From contig AP026134.1 of the NCBI GenBank assembly GCA_030295235.1, positions 1,116,001 through 1,180,000 on the forward strand: a stretch of 64,000 nt of DNA, given 5' to 3'. A program made the translations under genes and the position numbers. Shown in pieces: positions 22,499-34,016 of this stretch (the first letter of the stretch is position 1; every line of letters begins with the position of its first letter). The notes under the pieces are model-generated. The model saw only the letters and a list, made by a program, of their open reading frames with translations. It had not been told where the DNA came from and made no database searches. This stretch comes from Fistulifera solaris. Lineage: Eukaryota.

Positions 22499-23617
22499 TC
22501 ATTTTGACCAAATAATGGGTACTAGAGGATGATCCCAGTCTGGCGTACCCCGAGGAACTTGAGATATCCAGTCCTGATAGCTCCAGACATCTTCCGCATC
22601 ACCTTCGTCAGTTCGTACTCGTACCGGAGCTCTGGCGTCAACGTAGGTAATGGCTATTGCCAAGCGATTGTGTTTGCCGGTGTTGGCATTGGCGCAATGC
22701 AGCGTCCAACCCGAATGTGCCGTCATGTCGCCCAAATCAAGTGGCATATAGTCGACAAAAGAATCCACACCATTATAATCGCGTTCGTATCTCTCTTCCA
22801 ATCGATTCCACGGTGAATCGGGATTCTTTGCACTCTCTTTGTAGGAATTCCAATAAGGGAGTGCAAAGTCGGAGTGTGACTTACTGCAGAAGACCAGGGC
22901 GGTTCCGTCCGCTGGAACGGCTTGCAATGGTATCCAAAACGTAATCAAGTGACTTGTATCAAACGGTGCCATACGCGCATCGACGTGCCATGGAGTCGGT
23001 CCGTCACCTGGTCGCTTCCAGAACAAGGCATCTTGGTAGAGTCGAACCGCAGGCACGTCCAGCAACACAGCGGCCGATTCGGCAAGAAGCTCGGCGATCT
23101 TTCGCACGTTAGGCAAATCGCGGTTGATGTGAAAGTATTGAAGAAATGGCAGGGAATTTGGTATACCTAAACGCCTCAGTTCCTTTTGACAAGCCTCAAT
23201 TGATGTACAGGATGCGGCAAGTGACGGCGAATCAGCGGCCACTTCTACTTTTTGTTGCCAGGCAAGTAATTCTCGCTTTTTGCAGTATTTGACAATCTCC
23301 ATCCTGAGTTCCTTTAACACATTTGCATCGAGTGTATTCCGTATAGCTGTGTGTCCATTGCGAGCATAGCTTAACTGTTCTGAAATACTGGGTAGTTTGG
23401 GACGTGAAGTCCGCAAAGATGGTGATTTTGGCCTTTGTTTGTTGCTGTTTCTGTGGAGCGGTTTTGGCGTCGCATTCGCAGACCTCGACTTTGTTGAGTG
23501 TAAAGACGATGCTCTCCTGTGTAGCCGTATATTGTCAGCGCTTGTCTTTGGGTTAAGATGGAAGGAAGAAGCTTGGAAGAGATGCACTAACAGTATTAGG
23601 GTGGTAATCATTCTCAT
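22499..23617 (-). CDS. Phytanoyl-CoA dioxygenase (PhyH)-family 2OG-Fe(II) oxygenase, plastid-targeted
   Basis: RLYQDALFWKRPGDGPTPWHVD (HxD), ITFWIPL and GDMTAHSGWTLHCANAN...RLAIAITY. Signal peptide ends QASS-FHL. Confidence 0.85.
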   Translation of the reverse strand: MRMITTLILLVHLFQASSFHLNPKTSADNIRLHRRASSLHSTKSRSANATPKPLHRNSNKQRPKSPSLRTSRPKLPSISEQLSYARNGHTAIRNTLDANVLKELRMEIVKYCKKRELLAWQQKVEVAADSPSLAASCTSIEACQKELRRLGIPNSLPFLQYFHINRDLPNVRKIAELLAESAAVLLDVPAVRLYQDALFWKRPGDGPTPWHVDARMAPFDTSHLITFWIPLQAVPADGTALVFCSKSHSDFALPYWNSYKESAKNPDSPWNRLEERYERDYNGVDSFVDYMPLDLGDMTAHSGWTLHCANANTGKHNRLAIAITYVDARAPVRVRTDEGDAEDVWSYQDWISQVPRGTPDWDHPLVPIIWSK

Positions 23618-23970
23618 GATTGGCTACAGCAATAAAATTGTGTCGTTTTTTTTTTTTTGCGTTGTTGCTTCGTCGCTGGTGCGGTGTTGATCGTTGATGC
23701 CGAGGTCCGTGATCCGTGGTTGTGTGAGGCCGGCCAGACGGATGCTGAGCTTGACTATAGTAGACATGATCATATAGTATCACAGTGTAAGCAACCTTTT
23801 GTCTTGTACGGAGTATCTTTTTCACATCATTATTTATTTTTTTTTGTTTTTCTGACACCGGCCTTCCCATAAACCAAAATGGAATGAATGGATCTTCATC
23901 GTCATCAACGACCATTAAACGCGCTGCACTTACTATTCAAATCGCCTACTAGTAATATACAAGAAAGAAC

Positions 23971-24993
23971 ATGATTGAGTCGGGTTATCGTAGTGGAAAT
24001 CACATTATCGAAAGCAGAAACGATGTTAATGAGAAAGATCCTGTGGATCTTGTAACAATAGCCGTCGGACAGTTATTGTGGAATCTGCTTCTTGATCGGA
24101 AGCTTTCTACAAGTGGAAATGTAAATTGGCTTATCCTCAAGCGAGAGTATCCTTTGCTGTCTTCAGTTACACCACAAAAGCTAACAGAATTATTGATGGT
24201 TATTCGATCGATTGTCATTCTCGACGAAGAAATAGATGATAGAGTTGAGCAAGTGTTGGCGGATTACAATGGCGAAGTACTTGACGTTCGTCGCAATCTG
24301 ACGGATGAATTGTATCGATTGAGTCCTGCCCGTTTTCATGCGCACGTTGCTGATTTCAATGATAACCTTTCGTACTGTATGCAAACGACGCGAGGTTTCC
24401 CAGCAAATCCGAAAATGCTCACTGCAGATGAATGGGAACAAGAGATAGCTCGCTTTGAGAAAGCTGTGAAAGAGAAACTTGACTCTTGTCACATTCAAGT
24501 GCAGTCATCCTTTCTTAGAACAGTCAAGACGGTGGCTCAGCCGGCACATGTCGATTACTCCTGGAAAGTACTCAGTGAAAGGGCCGACGAACTGTGGCTT
24601 GCATTTTTCCCTCTCACCACCCAAGGCATGATCCTGCAACTTTGGCCGCCCCACAGATCACAAGGCTTGCTTGTATTTATACCACTGGGAAAGATGCTAC
24701 TCGTTCCTTCCGATACGATTCATGGTGGAGGTTTCCGTACTTTCTCTATTCAAAAACAGGGAAGTCACGGGGCACAAATTACGCAGACCGATGAGTGCGA
24801 CAAGGAAAATGTGTACGTTGGAAACATGCGATACCATCTTTACATTGCTACACATGGCAAATCGCTTCCGAAATTCGCTCAGAATGTATATACAGTCAAA
24901 GGCGATAAGCGTAGGGAATTGTCTCAGGTCTGCACCAATGCTCCTGGAGTCAATGAGAAAAATTCGTTGCTCATGAGGACTCTCTTTGAATGA
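23971..24993 (+). CDS. Uncharacterised protein with a 2OG-Fe(II)/cupin-like HxD...H...R motif set
   Basis: Intact 340-aa ATG ORF containing QPAHVDY, WLAFFPLT..GMILQLW, LLVPSDTIHGGGF and GNMRYHLYI. Confidence 0.6.
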   Translation: MIESGYRSGNHIIESRNDVNEKDPVDLVTIAVGQLLWNLLLDRKLSTSGNVNWLILKREYPLLSSVTPQKLTELLMVIRSIVILDEEIDDRVEQVLADYNGEVLDVRRNLTDELYRLSPARFHAHVADFNDNLSYCMQTTRGFPANPKMLTADEWEQEIARFEKAVKEKLDSCHIQVQSSFLRTVKTVAQPAHVDYSWKVLSERADELWLAFFPLTTQGMILQLWPPHRSQGLLVFIPLGKMLLVPSDTIHGGGFRTFSIQKQGSHGAQITQTDECDKENVYVGNMRYHLYIATHGKSLPKFAQNVYTVKGDKRRELSQVCTNAPGVNEKNSLLMRTLFE

Positions 24994-25156
24994 GCGCTGA
25001 AGCAGTTAAGGACTTATATGACACTTTGACTGTCGTCGTCGTCGTCGTCGTCTTCGAGATTTGAAAGCATGGAAATGAGGACTAGTATTCGATAAAACGT
25101 GAAGGAATTGTTAACCAATGCATTGCCTCTTCGCTCAAAGATCAATTGTAAAGATG

Positions 25157-26006
25157 CTACGATGCTGCTCGTGTACATTGTTCTAAAATAATTTGAGTGG
25201 CTTCCACAATCGATGGACACACTCGTGTAGACCCTTCTTTCAATTTTCCTTCGTCACCGGCAAGGTACTTGCCCGTTTGTACTAATATTGCAGCTCCCAT
25301 ACCAGCATCAATAGCGCCTTGGATATCCTGCAAAGCATCGTCTCCAATCATACACGTCTCACTGAGGGGAATATCATCCACCGCAGTACTTTCAAAAAAA
25401 GCCCGACTTGGCTTGCCCATAACAACTGCGGAAATATTCGTAGTTGATTCGAGCGCTGTAACGAATGGACCAGGTCCTAAACTGAGTTCACCATCGACAT
25501 CGCGTAAATAGTTGGCTCGATGAATCGCGATGAGAGGACTTGGTTTCTTGGTATCGTGATCATCGTTGCGTAGTATCCGAAACGCCGAATTCAAGTGTTC
25601 ATAATTCAATTTAGAAGGAGCTAATCCAACAACAACGCAATCATGAGGGAGGATCGAGTGGCACATGGCCCACAAAGTCACGAACATCTTCCATGATGCA
25701 AAACGGCCGCAGGTTGTTTCTTTGAAGATAATTGCGTGTCGCCAAAACGCTGGTAATGAGATGTTCCGGCTCTACAGAGAATCCCATTGATGTCAATTGG
25801 TTTAAGAGCTCTTCCGATGACGACTTGGAAGTGTTGGTAAGAAACCGCACTTGAAGATTCGGATGAGATTGCAATTGTTGCACCGCTGCGAGGGCTCCCG
25901 GGATGGGCTTATCGCCAATATGGAGTGTCCCCGACAAATCCAGCAGAACAGCTCGGATACCAGTACTTCCTTGCTTGGGAAGTATGTTTGCTGAAGACGA
26001 AGTCAT
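25157..26006 (-). CDS. HAD-superfamily class IIA hydrolase (HDHD2/LHPP-like); one frameshift
   Basis: AVLLDLSGTLH, RFLTNTSK, CVVVGLAP, YEHLNSAFRIL, LSLGPGPFVTALE, VMGKPS and MIGDD..DIQGA...ILVQTGKY. Indel near 25645-25650. Confidence 0.9.
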
Positions 26007-26332
26007 TTTTGCTCTATCAGGTATTTCTTAAAGGGGGCAGTTATCTATTTCAACGCGGCGCCCTTTCGCTTGTCGCAGAAATAATAATAACGAAAACGTA
26101 TCTTTTCTCGAGTCCCAGAAAAGCATGCATTATTCATTCACGTTTTCGACGTAATTGTCTGTCCCTCGTCGAGCCAACTGAAAACCAATCAAAACATCCA
26201 CCACGCGCGCCCATCACTCATCACATCAAAGAAAAAAAGAATCAGCACAACAAATAATAATAATAGTCAATCAAGTAATCATAGTTCCCTTCCGTTTGAC
26301 ATCACCGAAGCAGAAGATCGAGTAGTCCCGAC

Positions 26333-28399
26333 ATGATAGCTGCGATTTTGTTTGTACTGCCCTATTTCACTATTCCGACGCACGGATTTGCCGTTGCTCC
26401 ATTCCAAGTGTGTTCTAAAAACAATTCGCTGATCTGTGCTGCTGTGAAACCCTCGTTTGTTCCGGAATATCGGGTCGAGGAAGAAGACGGGCAAGATAAG
26501 ACGATCGCTGAAGTGAGTAGTGTTGAGAATGACGCCCCAGCAAAACAACCAGCATCCAAGTCGAACGCAGAGTCGTGCAACGTCAAACCCATGTTTGCTG
26601 CCATGGAACCAGGGACTGTTGTTCAAATTCAAGTAGGCGATGTCAGTTTGGCTCGCAAGGCTTGGAAGAAACGCCGACGTTCCGGTTCACCGTTGTTGGT
26701 TCCTTGCAGTGTGTTGAAAGTCGACCGACAGTCCACGGTGCGATGGAACTTAATCTACTTGTTGGAAAAGTTCGGATCGAAACATGCGGCAGGGACTCGT
26801 ATCTCTCTGATTGAGTTAACGCGTCGCCACCGAAAGCATTTGCAGTCTTCTTTGACTCATCAAGCGACGGTCATGGGACACGAGACGGCCGGGGATCTTG
26901 TGCAGGCCTTGTTTCATAAGCAAGTGCAGGAATCGTATGGCGTCAAGTTGAACGTGGAAGATGACATGTTGTGGTTGGAAGCTCCAATTTCAAAGTTTCG
27001 TGCACAAAAGCGTGCGAATGGGGCGGCTGTTCTTCAATTTGAAGACGATATGGAAGACACGTTGTGTCACACCGGAATGGTACGCAATCGACGAATGGAT
27101 GAGACCGGCGATGCGAATAACAACAGCACGGCTTATCGATTGCAGCCGTTATCGGCAGCACTTCGCATCAACCAAGATGATGTAGATTCTGGGACAATCA
27201 AGAATGGAAGCTTTCATGCGGCAGTGGTGTTTGATTACGACAAGGAAGGAGATGCCGGATCGCCTTTATTGACTCTTTCGTTGAATCCTTCTCGTAATCA
27301 AGTGAGAGAGCGCCTCAAAATTGTGGATCGCTCACAGCAATTGATTCAGAATCCCAAACATTTACTGCATACTTTGGTTGTTGGACAAGGACCATTGCGC
27401 GGTAAAGTTCTTCGGTTTTTCAAAGGGGGAGCAATCATTGACTGCGGCGTTGGTCGCAAAGTGAATAGCAGAGGAAGTGCTCACCAGGTGGTTCGTGTAG
27501 AAGGTATTCTTCGCTTTAAAGACGCATTTGTTTCCGATGGCTCTGCTAGTAACTTTGAAGGGAGACAGCTAGGTGACAACGAGGATGACGACAGTGAAGA
27601 CGAGGAGGATGGAGAATGGGATGATCTGCTTACGATTGAAGATTTTGACGGAATGGACGAGGATGAAAGTGACCAAGACAACGCTTACGACGACTGTAGT
27701 GAGGATTACGATGGTCCGTCAGCGGAGCTTGGCAAAGTTTTCAAGCAGCTCGAAGAAGATGAAGACTTTGCTGATAGCGAAGACATCACCCACTTATTTG
27801 AAACACGCGCGGATGGGTCGATTGTTTATCAGGACCCAGAAAGTGGGGATGAGAAGCTTATTCCTGTGGACGATGAAGATGATGAAGGAGATGATGATGA
27901 AGAAGCTGCGTTCAAGGTAATCAGACGCAGCACTCAGCGTACAAAGAGAAGTGTACAGCAAATTTGGCCAGTGACTTCTAGTTTGCGTAGATCTGTTCGA
28001 CTATACATCGGAGACGAAATTGACGTTTACGTGAAATCCATCTCAAAACAATCTAGTCAGCTGTTGTTAACGATGGATTCTAGTATCCAGGGACGGAAAG
28101 CCAAAGACCTTAAGGACGAAGACAAAGTTCAAAAGAAGCTTACTCGATTAGCGAAACAAATAGGCGGCTTGCATAACATTGATAAGCTGCGCGGCCAAGA
28201 GCACTACGGTGTTGTCAAAGCAACATCGAATGCTGGTGACTGGTTGTATGTACAGCCGGATGTCGAGGGTCTTCCTGTCGGCGTTGCCTCTGTTTTGAGT
28301 GATCATGAGTTGCACGAGGGGGACAAGGTGCGAATACGAATTGAAGGCGTCGATGAAAATCGCGGTCAGCTAGCGATGCTGATACTGAATAAAATATAG
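26333..28399 (+). CDS. Plastid-targeted S1-domain (OB-fold) RNA-binding protein with a long acidic insert
   Basis: Signal peptide ends THG-FAV. S1-like segments GPLRGKVLRFFKGGAIIDCGVG...EGILRF, LYIGDEIDVYVKSISKQSSQLLLT and YGVVKA...LHEGDKVRIRIEGVDENRGQLAM. D/E-rich region ~27570-27910. Confidence 0.65.
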   Translation: MIAAILFVLPYFTIPTHGFAVAPFQVCSKNNSLICAAVKPSFVPEYRVEEEDGQDKTIAEVSSVENDAPAKQPASKSNAESCNVKPMFAAMEPGTVVQIQVGDVSLARKAWKKRRRSGSPLLVPCSVLKVDRQSTVRWNLIYLLEKFGSKHAAGTRISLIELTRRHRKHLQSSLTHQATVMGHETAGDLVQALFHKQVQESYGVKLNVEDDMLWLEAPISKFRAQKRANGAAVLQFEDDMEDTLCHTGMVRNRRMDETGDANNNSTAYRLQPLSAALRINQDDVDSGTIKNGSFHAAVVFDYDKEGDAGSPLLTLSLNPSRNQVRERLKIVDRSQQLIQNPKHLLHTLVVGQGPLRGKVLRFFKGGAIIDCGVGRKVNSRGSAHQVVRVEGILRFKDAFVSDGSASNFEGRQLGDNEDDDSEDEEDGEWDDLLTIEDFDGMDEDESDQDNAYDDCSEDYDGPSAELGKVFKQLEEDEDFADSEDITHLFETRADGSIVYQDPESGDEKLIPVDDEDDEGDDDEEAAFKVIRRSTQRTKRSVQQIWPVTSSLRRSVRLYIGDEIDVYVKSISKQSSQLLLTMDSSIQGRKAKDLKDEDKVQKKLTRLAKQIGGLHNIDKLRGQEHYGVVKATSNAGDWLYVQPDVEGLPVGVASVLSDHELHEGDKVRIRIEGVDENRGQLAMLILNKI

Positions 28400-28533
28400 G
28401 ACAAAAATAGTTCTGCTCTTATCAACATGTTTAACTGTATTGGCGATAAATTGCAGAAACGAGACCATAGAACGTTTGGTGCCGTAAGAGAAAGAATTGG
28501 TTTCGCAGACCATGTTGCTAAGCACATAGGCCC

Positions 28534-29621
28534 TTAATTCCCCCCACCATACCGTCTACGAGTAGTAGCAGTCGGATTATTGGAAGAATGTGCAGCAGAT
28601 GCAGAAGCAACCTCGTACCGTGCCGGAATTTGGTCGTTGTAAGCCATCCCTGCTGTTTCCTTTCGGGCACCTGGCCCACCGGGGCGCTGCTGATTGTTTC
28701 GTTTCACCGGCTTTTTCGACCTTTGACTGGGATCATCCTCATCCCAGATCTGTCCGAGTAATATGGATAGCAAGGTGCCGATGACACCGAATACGACCAT
28801 GACGATTCCTTGCCACGACGGGGACCGACTTTCCTTGATGAGGACCTTTTGCCGCCTGCGTTTCGTGTAAGATGTGACTTTCTGAATCATTGTTCGAACT
28901 CGTCTTCGCGTTTGAAAGTTTCCAAAATGAGACATTGTCAAACGATATTGGCCTTCTTGGTCTTTCACGGGTGTCAAGAACTCCAGCAGCGGATTCAGAG
29001 ATACAGCTGGAATATCGGCACTATTTGGAGAATTCTTTTCATCAGCCATTGCATTCTTGTCTTGAAAATAAACCGCGTACGAAATATAGTATCCTTCTTG
29101 ATCAGGGCCTTTGTATGTATTTGCATTCGTCTTGCTTTTTCTTTTTTTCCTTTGTTGTTGCGCGTATGATCATCTGTCGAAACTTTGTCGTCCGACACGA
29201 ACGATCCATCCTTTAACGTTCGGACGGGAAGCGCTTGAATGACTTGACTACGCGACACTGTCAATTTGGTTTGCTTTTTCCATCCAATTGGCTGTACGGA
29301 GATTAAACACTCTGTACTGAGGCAATTTACCTGTATATGAGCATTTCCATAACGGATAGCTCTGTAACCCATGTACGTCAAGAAAAGAAAGAATAACGTC
29401 GCCTGTGTCGTTCGTCGAAAGACAACACTCGAGCGTTGCCATGCTTGAACAATTGGGGGAGCCATTTGAATACCCGCCGCTGACCCATCGTTTGCTCCTT
29501 TGCTAAAAAGCCGTCCGACTCGATCAAACAAGCCTTGCTTACGACTTGTGCTATACGCATAAGGCCCGTTCGAAGAGCCAGTCGTAGGTAAAAAATCTTG
29601 ATTTCGCTTCTTGGCGAACAT
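28534..29621 (-). CDS. Hypothetical two-TM membrane protein (frameshifted)
   Basis: TM segments ATLFFLFLTYMGY and GIVMVVFGVIGTLLSILLGQIW lie in two overlapping ORFs (28995..29681 and 28534..29049). Probable indel(s) in the poly-T stretch ~29130-29150. Likely start ATG 29621. Confidence 0.6.
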
Positions 29622-30529
29622 GGTCTCAGATGTTACTTTCGCTCGTAATCGACAGGCTATCCAGTAAACGAAACAATGCATTCAAATTCAATGACAACTT
29701 TGCAGCGTTACGCAAGGCGCAAGCGCGCAAGGGTGATGAACGCATGAGCTTTTGTCATTTTCAGCATTTTCAGACCAACAAGAGATTCCTAATTCCAAGT
29801 TCATGGACGTCCGTAGGTCGTACGTCGTTAGTAGTCGTGAAGAGTAAAGAGTGAAGAATGAAGAAGCATCAAAACGAGAACTTCAAACGGTCAGACTTGT
29901 GGTTTTGTGGACAAGGGACAAATAAATAAATAACTCCACAGTAGAATGTACTATCCATGTTTGGCTAGGCTTTCAGCTTTCAGGCTTTCGGAATTTACGG
30001 AAACGCAACACCACAAGTTAGAGTGGAACACTGTCTATCTGTTTTTCCAACTAGATGAGTTTTGTAGCTCAATAATCGTAAGATCTCCATGCGTGAGTTG
30101 AAAGTTGAAGATGAAAGAGGCAATCAATCACACTTGCTTTTCTACATCCCTCTATTGATTAGACACAAGGAACTGTCCACACCCGTGACTCATGACCCGC
30201 AAATCATCTTCCGAAGCGATACTGCAAACCACCCAAGACAGGCAATTGTCCACTGAGGGCTCGGACAATGAGACGACCGAACGGACCCAAGACCCAAGAC
30301 GAATTGCAATTATGTGTGTCTCGCTTTGCCGGTTTTCATCCTTCCGGATGGTCGGAATCGAATTCCACTCACAACATCTGCAAGCCAAAGACATCGATCG
30401 TTTCACAGCTCACAGCATCAACTTTCTCATTCGATGTGAATGACGACTACAAATTGACCGTGAAATGCTGATCGGCATGATTAGTGATTTTGAAACGCCT
30501 TTTGTCGGGTACCGGTAATCGAGCAGAAT

Positions 30530-30862
30530 GAGGCATCGATAAACGGCGACTTTTTCTTCTAAAACACGTAAGGCGAAAAAATGATGCTTTTCTTGTGCTT
30601 TGCGAGATGATTGCGTGAGAAAAACAAGTGTGAGATCACTATCGGGCTGCGATGACTGACAAGGTGTAACCTTGAGAGATCGACTATGCGTTCGCTTTTT
30701 GTTGGTGTCTCTTTTGAGCCATCAACATTCGATGGGTTTATTCTAAAGATGCAAGTTGGAAGAAATGATGTTTATTTGTGATTATCGAAGACTAGCGTGA
30801 CAAAAAAGAAATTATGTGATCGCTGTTGGGCTAAGATGATGACTAACAAGTTGTAACCTTCA
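30530..30862. repeat. Degenerate ~185-bp-period tandem duplication
   Basis: Blocks TTCTAAA..AAATGATG..TTGTG..GCGTGA.AAAAA..GATC.CT.T.GGGCT..GATGACT.ACAAG.TGTAACCTT occur collinearly at ~30557-30672 and ~30741-30860. Confidence 0.7.
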
Positions 30863-30890
30863 CGGATCTTGGCTTCTGTAGCGACACCGA

Positions 30891-32144
30891 TTATGAGTTC
30901 ATTTCTTGTTGACGTTTCTTCTGAGCCGCCTTGCGCTTTCTATTAAACTCGGTAATAGCCTTTCGGTACTGCTTCTTTCCTTCGTCGGCGCGCTGGTTGT
31001 ACGCCGCAAGTCTCTCTGGATCGATCGTCTTCCATCGCTCAGCAATAGTCTTCGCCATGTCTTCAAAACCGATCTTTCCGTGGGGCTCCTTTCTGCGATT
31101 GCGCTTGACGCCGTCGGACGTGTGATGCTCATTTTCGGCAGCCTGTTCCTGGACAATGTTTGCTCGTTCTTCTTTGAAAAACAAGTTGTAAGCTGTGAGT
31201 GGTCGTTTCGGTCTTGCAATGGAGGGCAAGTCGTCGGGTTCATCAGACGGCTTGGTCAAGAGAATGCCGCGACTTTCAATCTGGTTGTCCTGGGGATAAA
31301 TTAAGAACGGCGGTTTCAGTTCTTTCGTCGCGCTTTGAGAGGCACCTCTTGCGAAAATGTCGTCATTGAACGATACAGGTTGACCTTGACGCTCAGTGAC
31401 TCCCTTCACGAGACCCGAGATGTTTCTATGCAACAATCTTTGGAAGGAAAGATCACCGGCTCCTTGCTCGTTTGGTATATTGTAGGAAGTCGCCATTTGT
31501 TCCGCGAATTCGCCCATAAAATTGTTACCTGCGAGACCGTACGTGTTGTTCATTGCCATCCCTTGCGCAAGTCCTGAGTTTTGTCCCTGGTTCGTTTGAG
31601 TTGCCATCCAAAGTGGGTTAATTTGGTTAAAGGTTTGCTGAGCCAGAAACATGTTTTGTTGCTGCTCCGCTGCGGCCAAGTTGCCATAAAACAAGTTCTG
31701 TTGCTGAAACTGAGTCGTGAGCGGTGTCATGCCGACGCTGTTTTTCTGCGTCTGATCGAAAGCCATCCCCATAACAGTGGGTGCATTCACGTATCCTAAA
31801 CTAAAGTTTTGTACGGCAGATTGAAATTGGCTACTCATCTGCGGTTGAAAAGCGTTTGCGGCTCTCTGTCGTTGCATCTCTTGGAAGGCCTGCATAGTTC
31901 CTTGATTGTAAAGCTGCAAGCTGTTATCATTTGGCTGCGTGAGCTGTCGACCCTCTTCGAGCTGACGATGCGTGTTGTCAAACTGTCGCCCATCGTTTGT
32001 GAATCCACCTGTTTCGTCACCGTACTGATAATCGACATCATCGAAGTTATATTGTGAGGAAGCCATATGGTTTATATCAGTGCTGTCGGAAAAAGGATTG
32101 AATATCTGCTGCCCTAAATATGTTTCTGAGACGACACTTGCCAT
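30891..32144 (-). CDS. HMG-box transcription factor, diatom type, with Gln-rich N-terminus
   Basis: RPKRPLTAYNLFFKEER...HGKIGFEDMAKTIAERWKTID...ADEGKKQY. ATG at 32144. Confidence 0.9.
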   Translation of the reverse strand: MASVVSETYLGQQIFNPFSDSTDINHMASSQYNFDDVDYQYGDETGGFTNDGRQFDNTHRQLEEGRQLTQPNDNSLQLYNQGTMQAFQEMQRQRAANAFQPQMSSQFQSAVQNFSLGYVNAPTVMGMAFDQTQKNSVGMTPLTTQFQQQNLFYGNLAAAEQQQNMFLAQQTFNQINPLWMATQTNQGQNSGLAQGMAMNNTYGLAGNNFMGEFAEQMATSYNIPNEQGAGDLSFQRLLHRNISGLVKGVTERQGQPVSFNDDIFARGASQSATKELKPPFLIYPQDNQIESRGILLTKPSDEPDDLPSIARPKRPLTAYNLFFKEERANIVQEQAAENEHHTSDGVKRNRRKEPHGKIGFEDMAKTIAERWKTIDPERLAAYNQRADEGKKQYRKAITEFNRKRKAAQKKRQQEMNS

Positions 32145-34016
32145 TGTGGGTTTCACCGGGAGTTTGGAGGTTGTCTTGACTCGAGCGTCCCTGTTTCTCT
32201 CGCGTAACTTTTACGATACGTAAGAGACAGTGACAAGAACTAAACGAAAGACACACGCTTTTTTGTGAGGGTTTGCTTCGAGTTTTTGGAACTCGTTGCT
32301 GTGAGTTTCAATTGCATCGTCGAGGCGTTCTGGCGAGGTAATCGTTGTGCTGGCGGCGTGGTTGCTATCGTTACCTCGTATAGATCTCCATGCTCTCTGA
32401 GCAATGTTGGTCGGTTTTTTGGGTGATATGATTGCAACTTACAGGGGTGTGGATAACGAACACAGTAAATAAGTTCCATTACTGAGCAAATCGGAATTTG
32501 ACGTGTCGTAGTCTACATTTGCTTTAAGAGTTGTATCAAAAAATGGACTATATAAAGCTATTTGTGTCCCTATTTCACTTTTTACGAAATCGCTACATTT
32601 TATTTTCAACCGGGTTTCAACAAGAATCCAACGTCTAACGGTTTAAAAGCAAATACTCCGATACTTTTGTCGTGATAGAAGTGGGGCAACTGTCGCTCGC
32701 CGTTTTCTCGAAGGCCCATCTTCTTCCCTTAATTCAGTCCTGCTTCAAACACACTAACCTATTTCTACTTTAACCTTTTGACATGAAAGGAGAGAAGAAG
32801 ACATTTACATTCCGCACCAGCTCTCGACATCATAGCTTATAAGGCCTTCAGCTGACGTGACTCGCTCTGTTTGCAATGACGAGTTAGCAGGACATAACGC
32901 TGAAGAGAATTGTATCACTCCAAGAGAAAAGATGAAGACTCTGACTCTATACTCAGAGAGAGGCTGAGTCACAGAGTGGAAAGTGGTGATAGTAATAATA
33001 TCTACAGCCCATAGCGTATCAGTATACAGTATCCGTGTGCCGTGTGCGTGTGCCGTGTGCCATTACTTATGAAACTTACCGTGTAAAGTGTATACTGTAT
33101 ACGTAAACCCTCTCTCTTTCCTGAAAGAGACAAAATACCTTTGTACCTGTGCGATAGACTGATAGCCTGCTCACTAGCTATTATCTTGAGAGAGGTAATT
33201 CTAGGGAGACGTTTCCTAGCTAGTCTTTAGAAAAATCCGAAGAGGTCGTTTTGTCACTTGTCGCCTTTAAACAAAAGGATAAAGGTGTTTTGTTGTGTGT
33301 TTGGTACCAATAGGTCTAATGTGCGGGTTGAACGAATAAAAAATAATAAAACCCTATTCATTCATAAGTCACAACCGATTAGAGACTGAAGCTAAGTCAT
33401 GATCTAGCAGTAAAGGAGAAGGATTGAGGATGCATGGCAGGTGTAAGCAGAGCATTTTATTAGTCATAGACTTTGCTTTTCCCTAAGCCGTGATTGATTG
33501 TTGGTAATGCGGTTGTCATCCTAGCTAGGGCATTGTCATGAGAGGCGTAATTTGTTTCTGTGTTTTGAATTCGTCGCCATCCGCTAATTACATAATGCTT
33601 GCAATAGAAAAGACTGGAACGATAGCTCGGAGGGAAGGTTGGCTGACGAGTTTGATCTCAGAACCGACACTCATGACTAGGCTAACTAATACGTCGGAGT
33701 GGGGAACTAGAACTAGAGTGGCCAGTCATCCGCCTCGAATTAGGGAAACGACAATCAAATGCTTTGCTTATTTTATATTTGTAGATTGGTACACTTCAAG
33801 AGAAACGCCTTAACATCTACAAGAAATATATCGTTTTCGACGTAATCAGAGAGATCAGCATAGTGTCGAGAATGCAGACAATTATCATTTGTTCAGTTCG
33901 AGTTCAAATTGATTCTTCCTCACGCATTGTATGCTCCAAGCAAGCCTCATAGACGTAGCATTTTTGTCTACAAGAAGTGAAGCATCAATACTCTCTCATA
34001 ATCCATATCTTTCTTT

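Noticed and set aside
33015..33105. CCGTGTG mini-repeat flanked by a weak CAGTATACA/TGTATACTG inverted repeat
   Set aside because: Too short and low-complexity to call an element without genome-wide copies.
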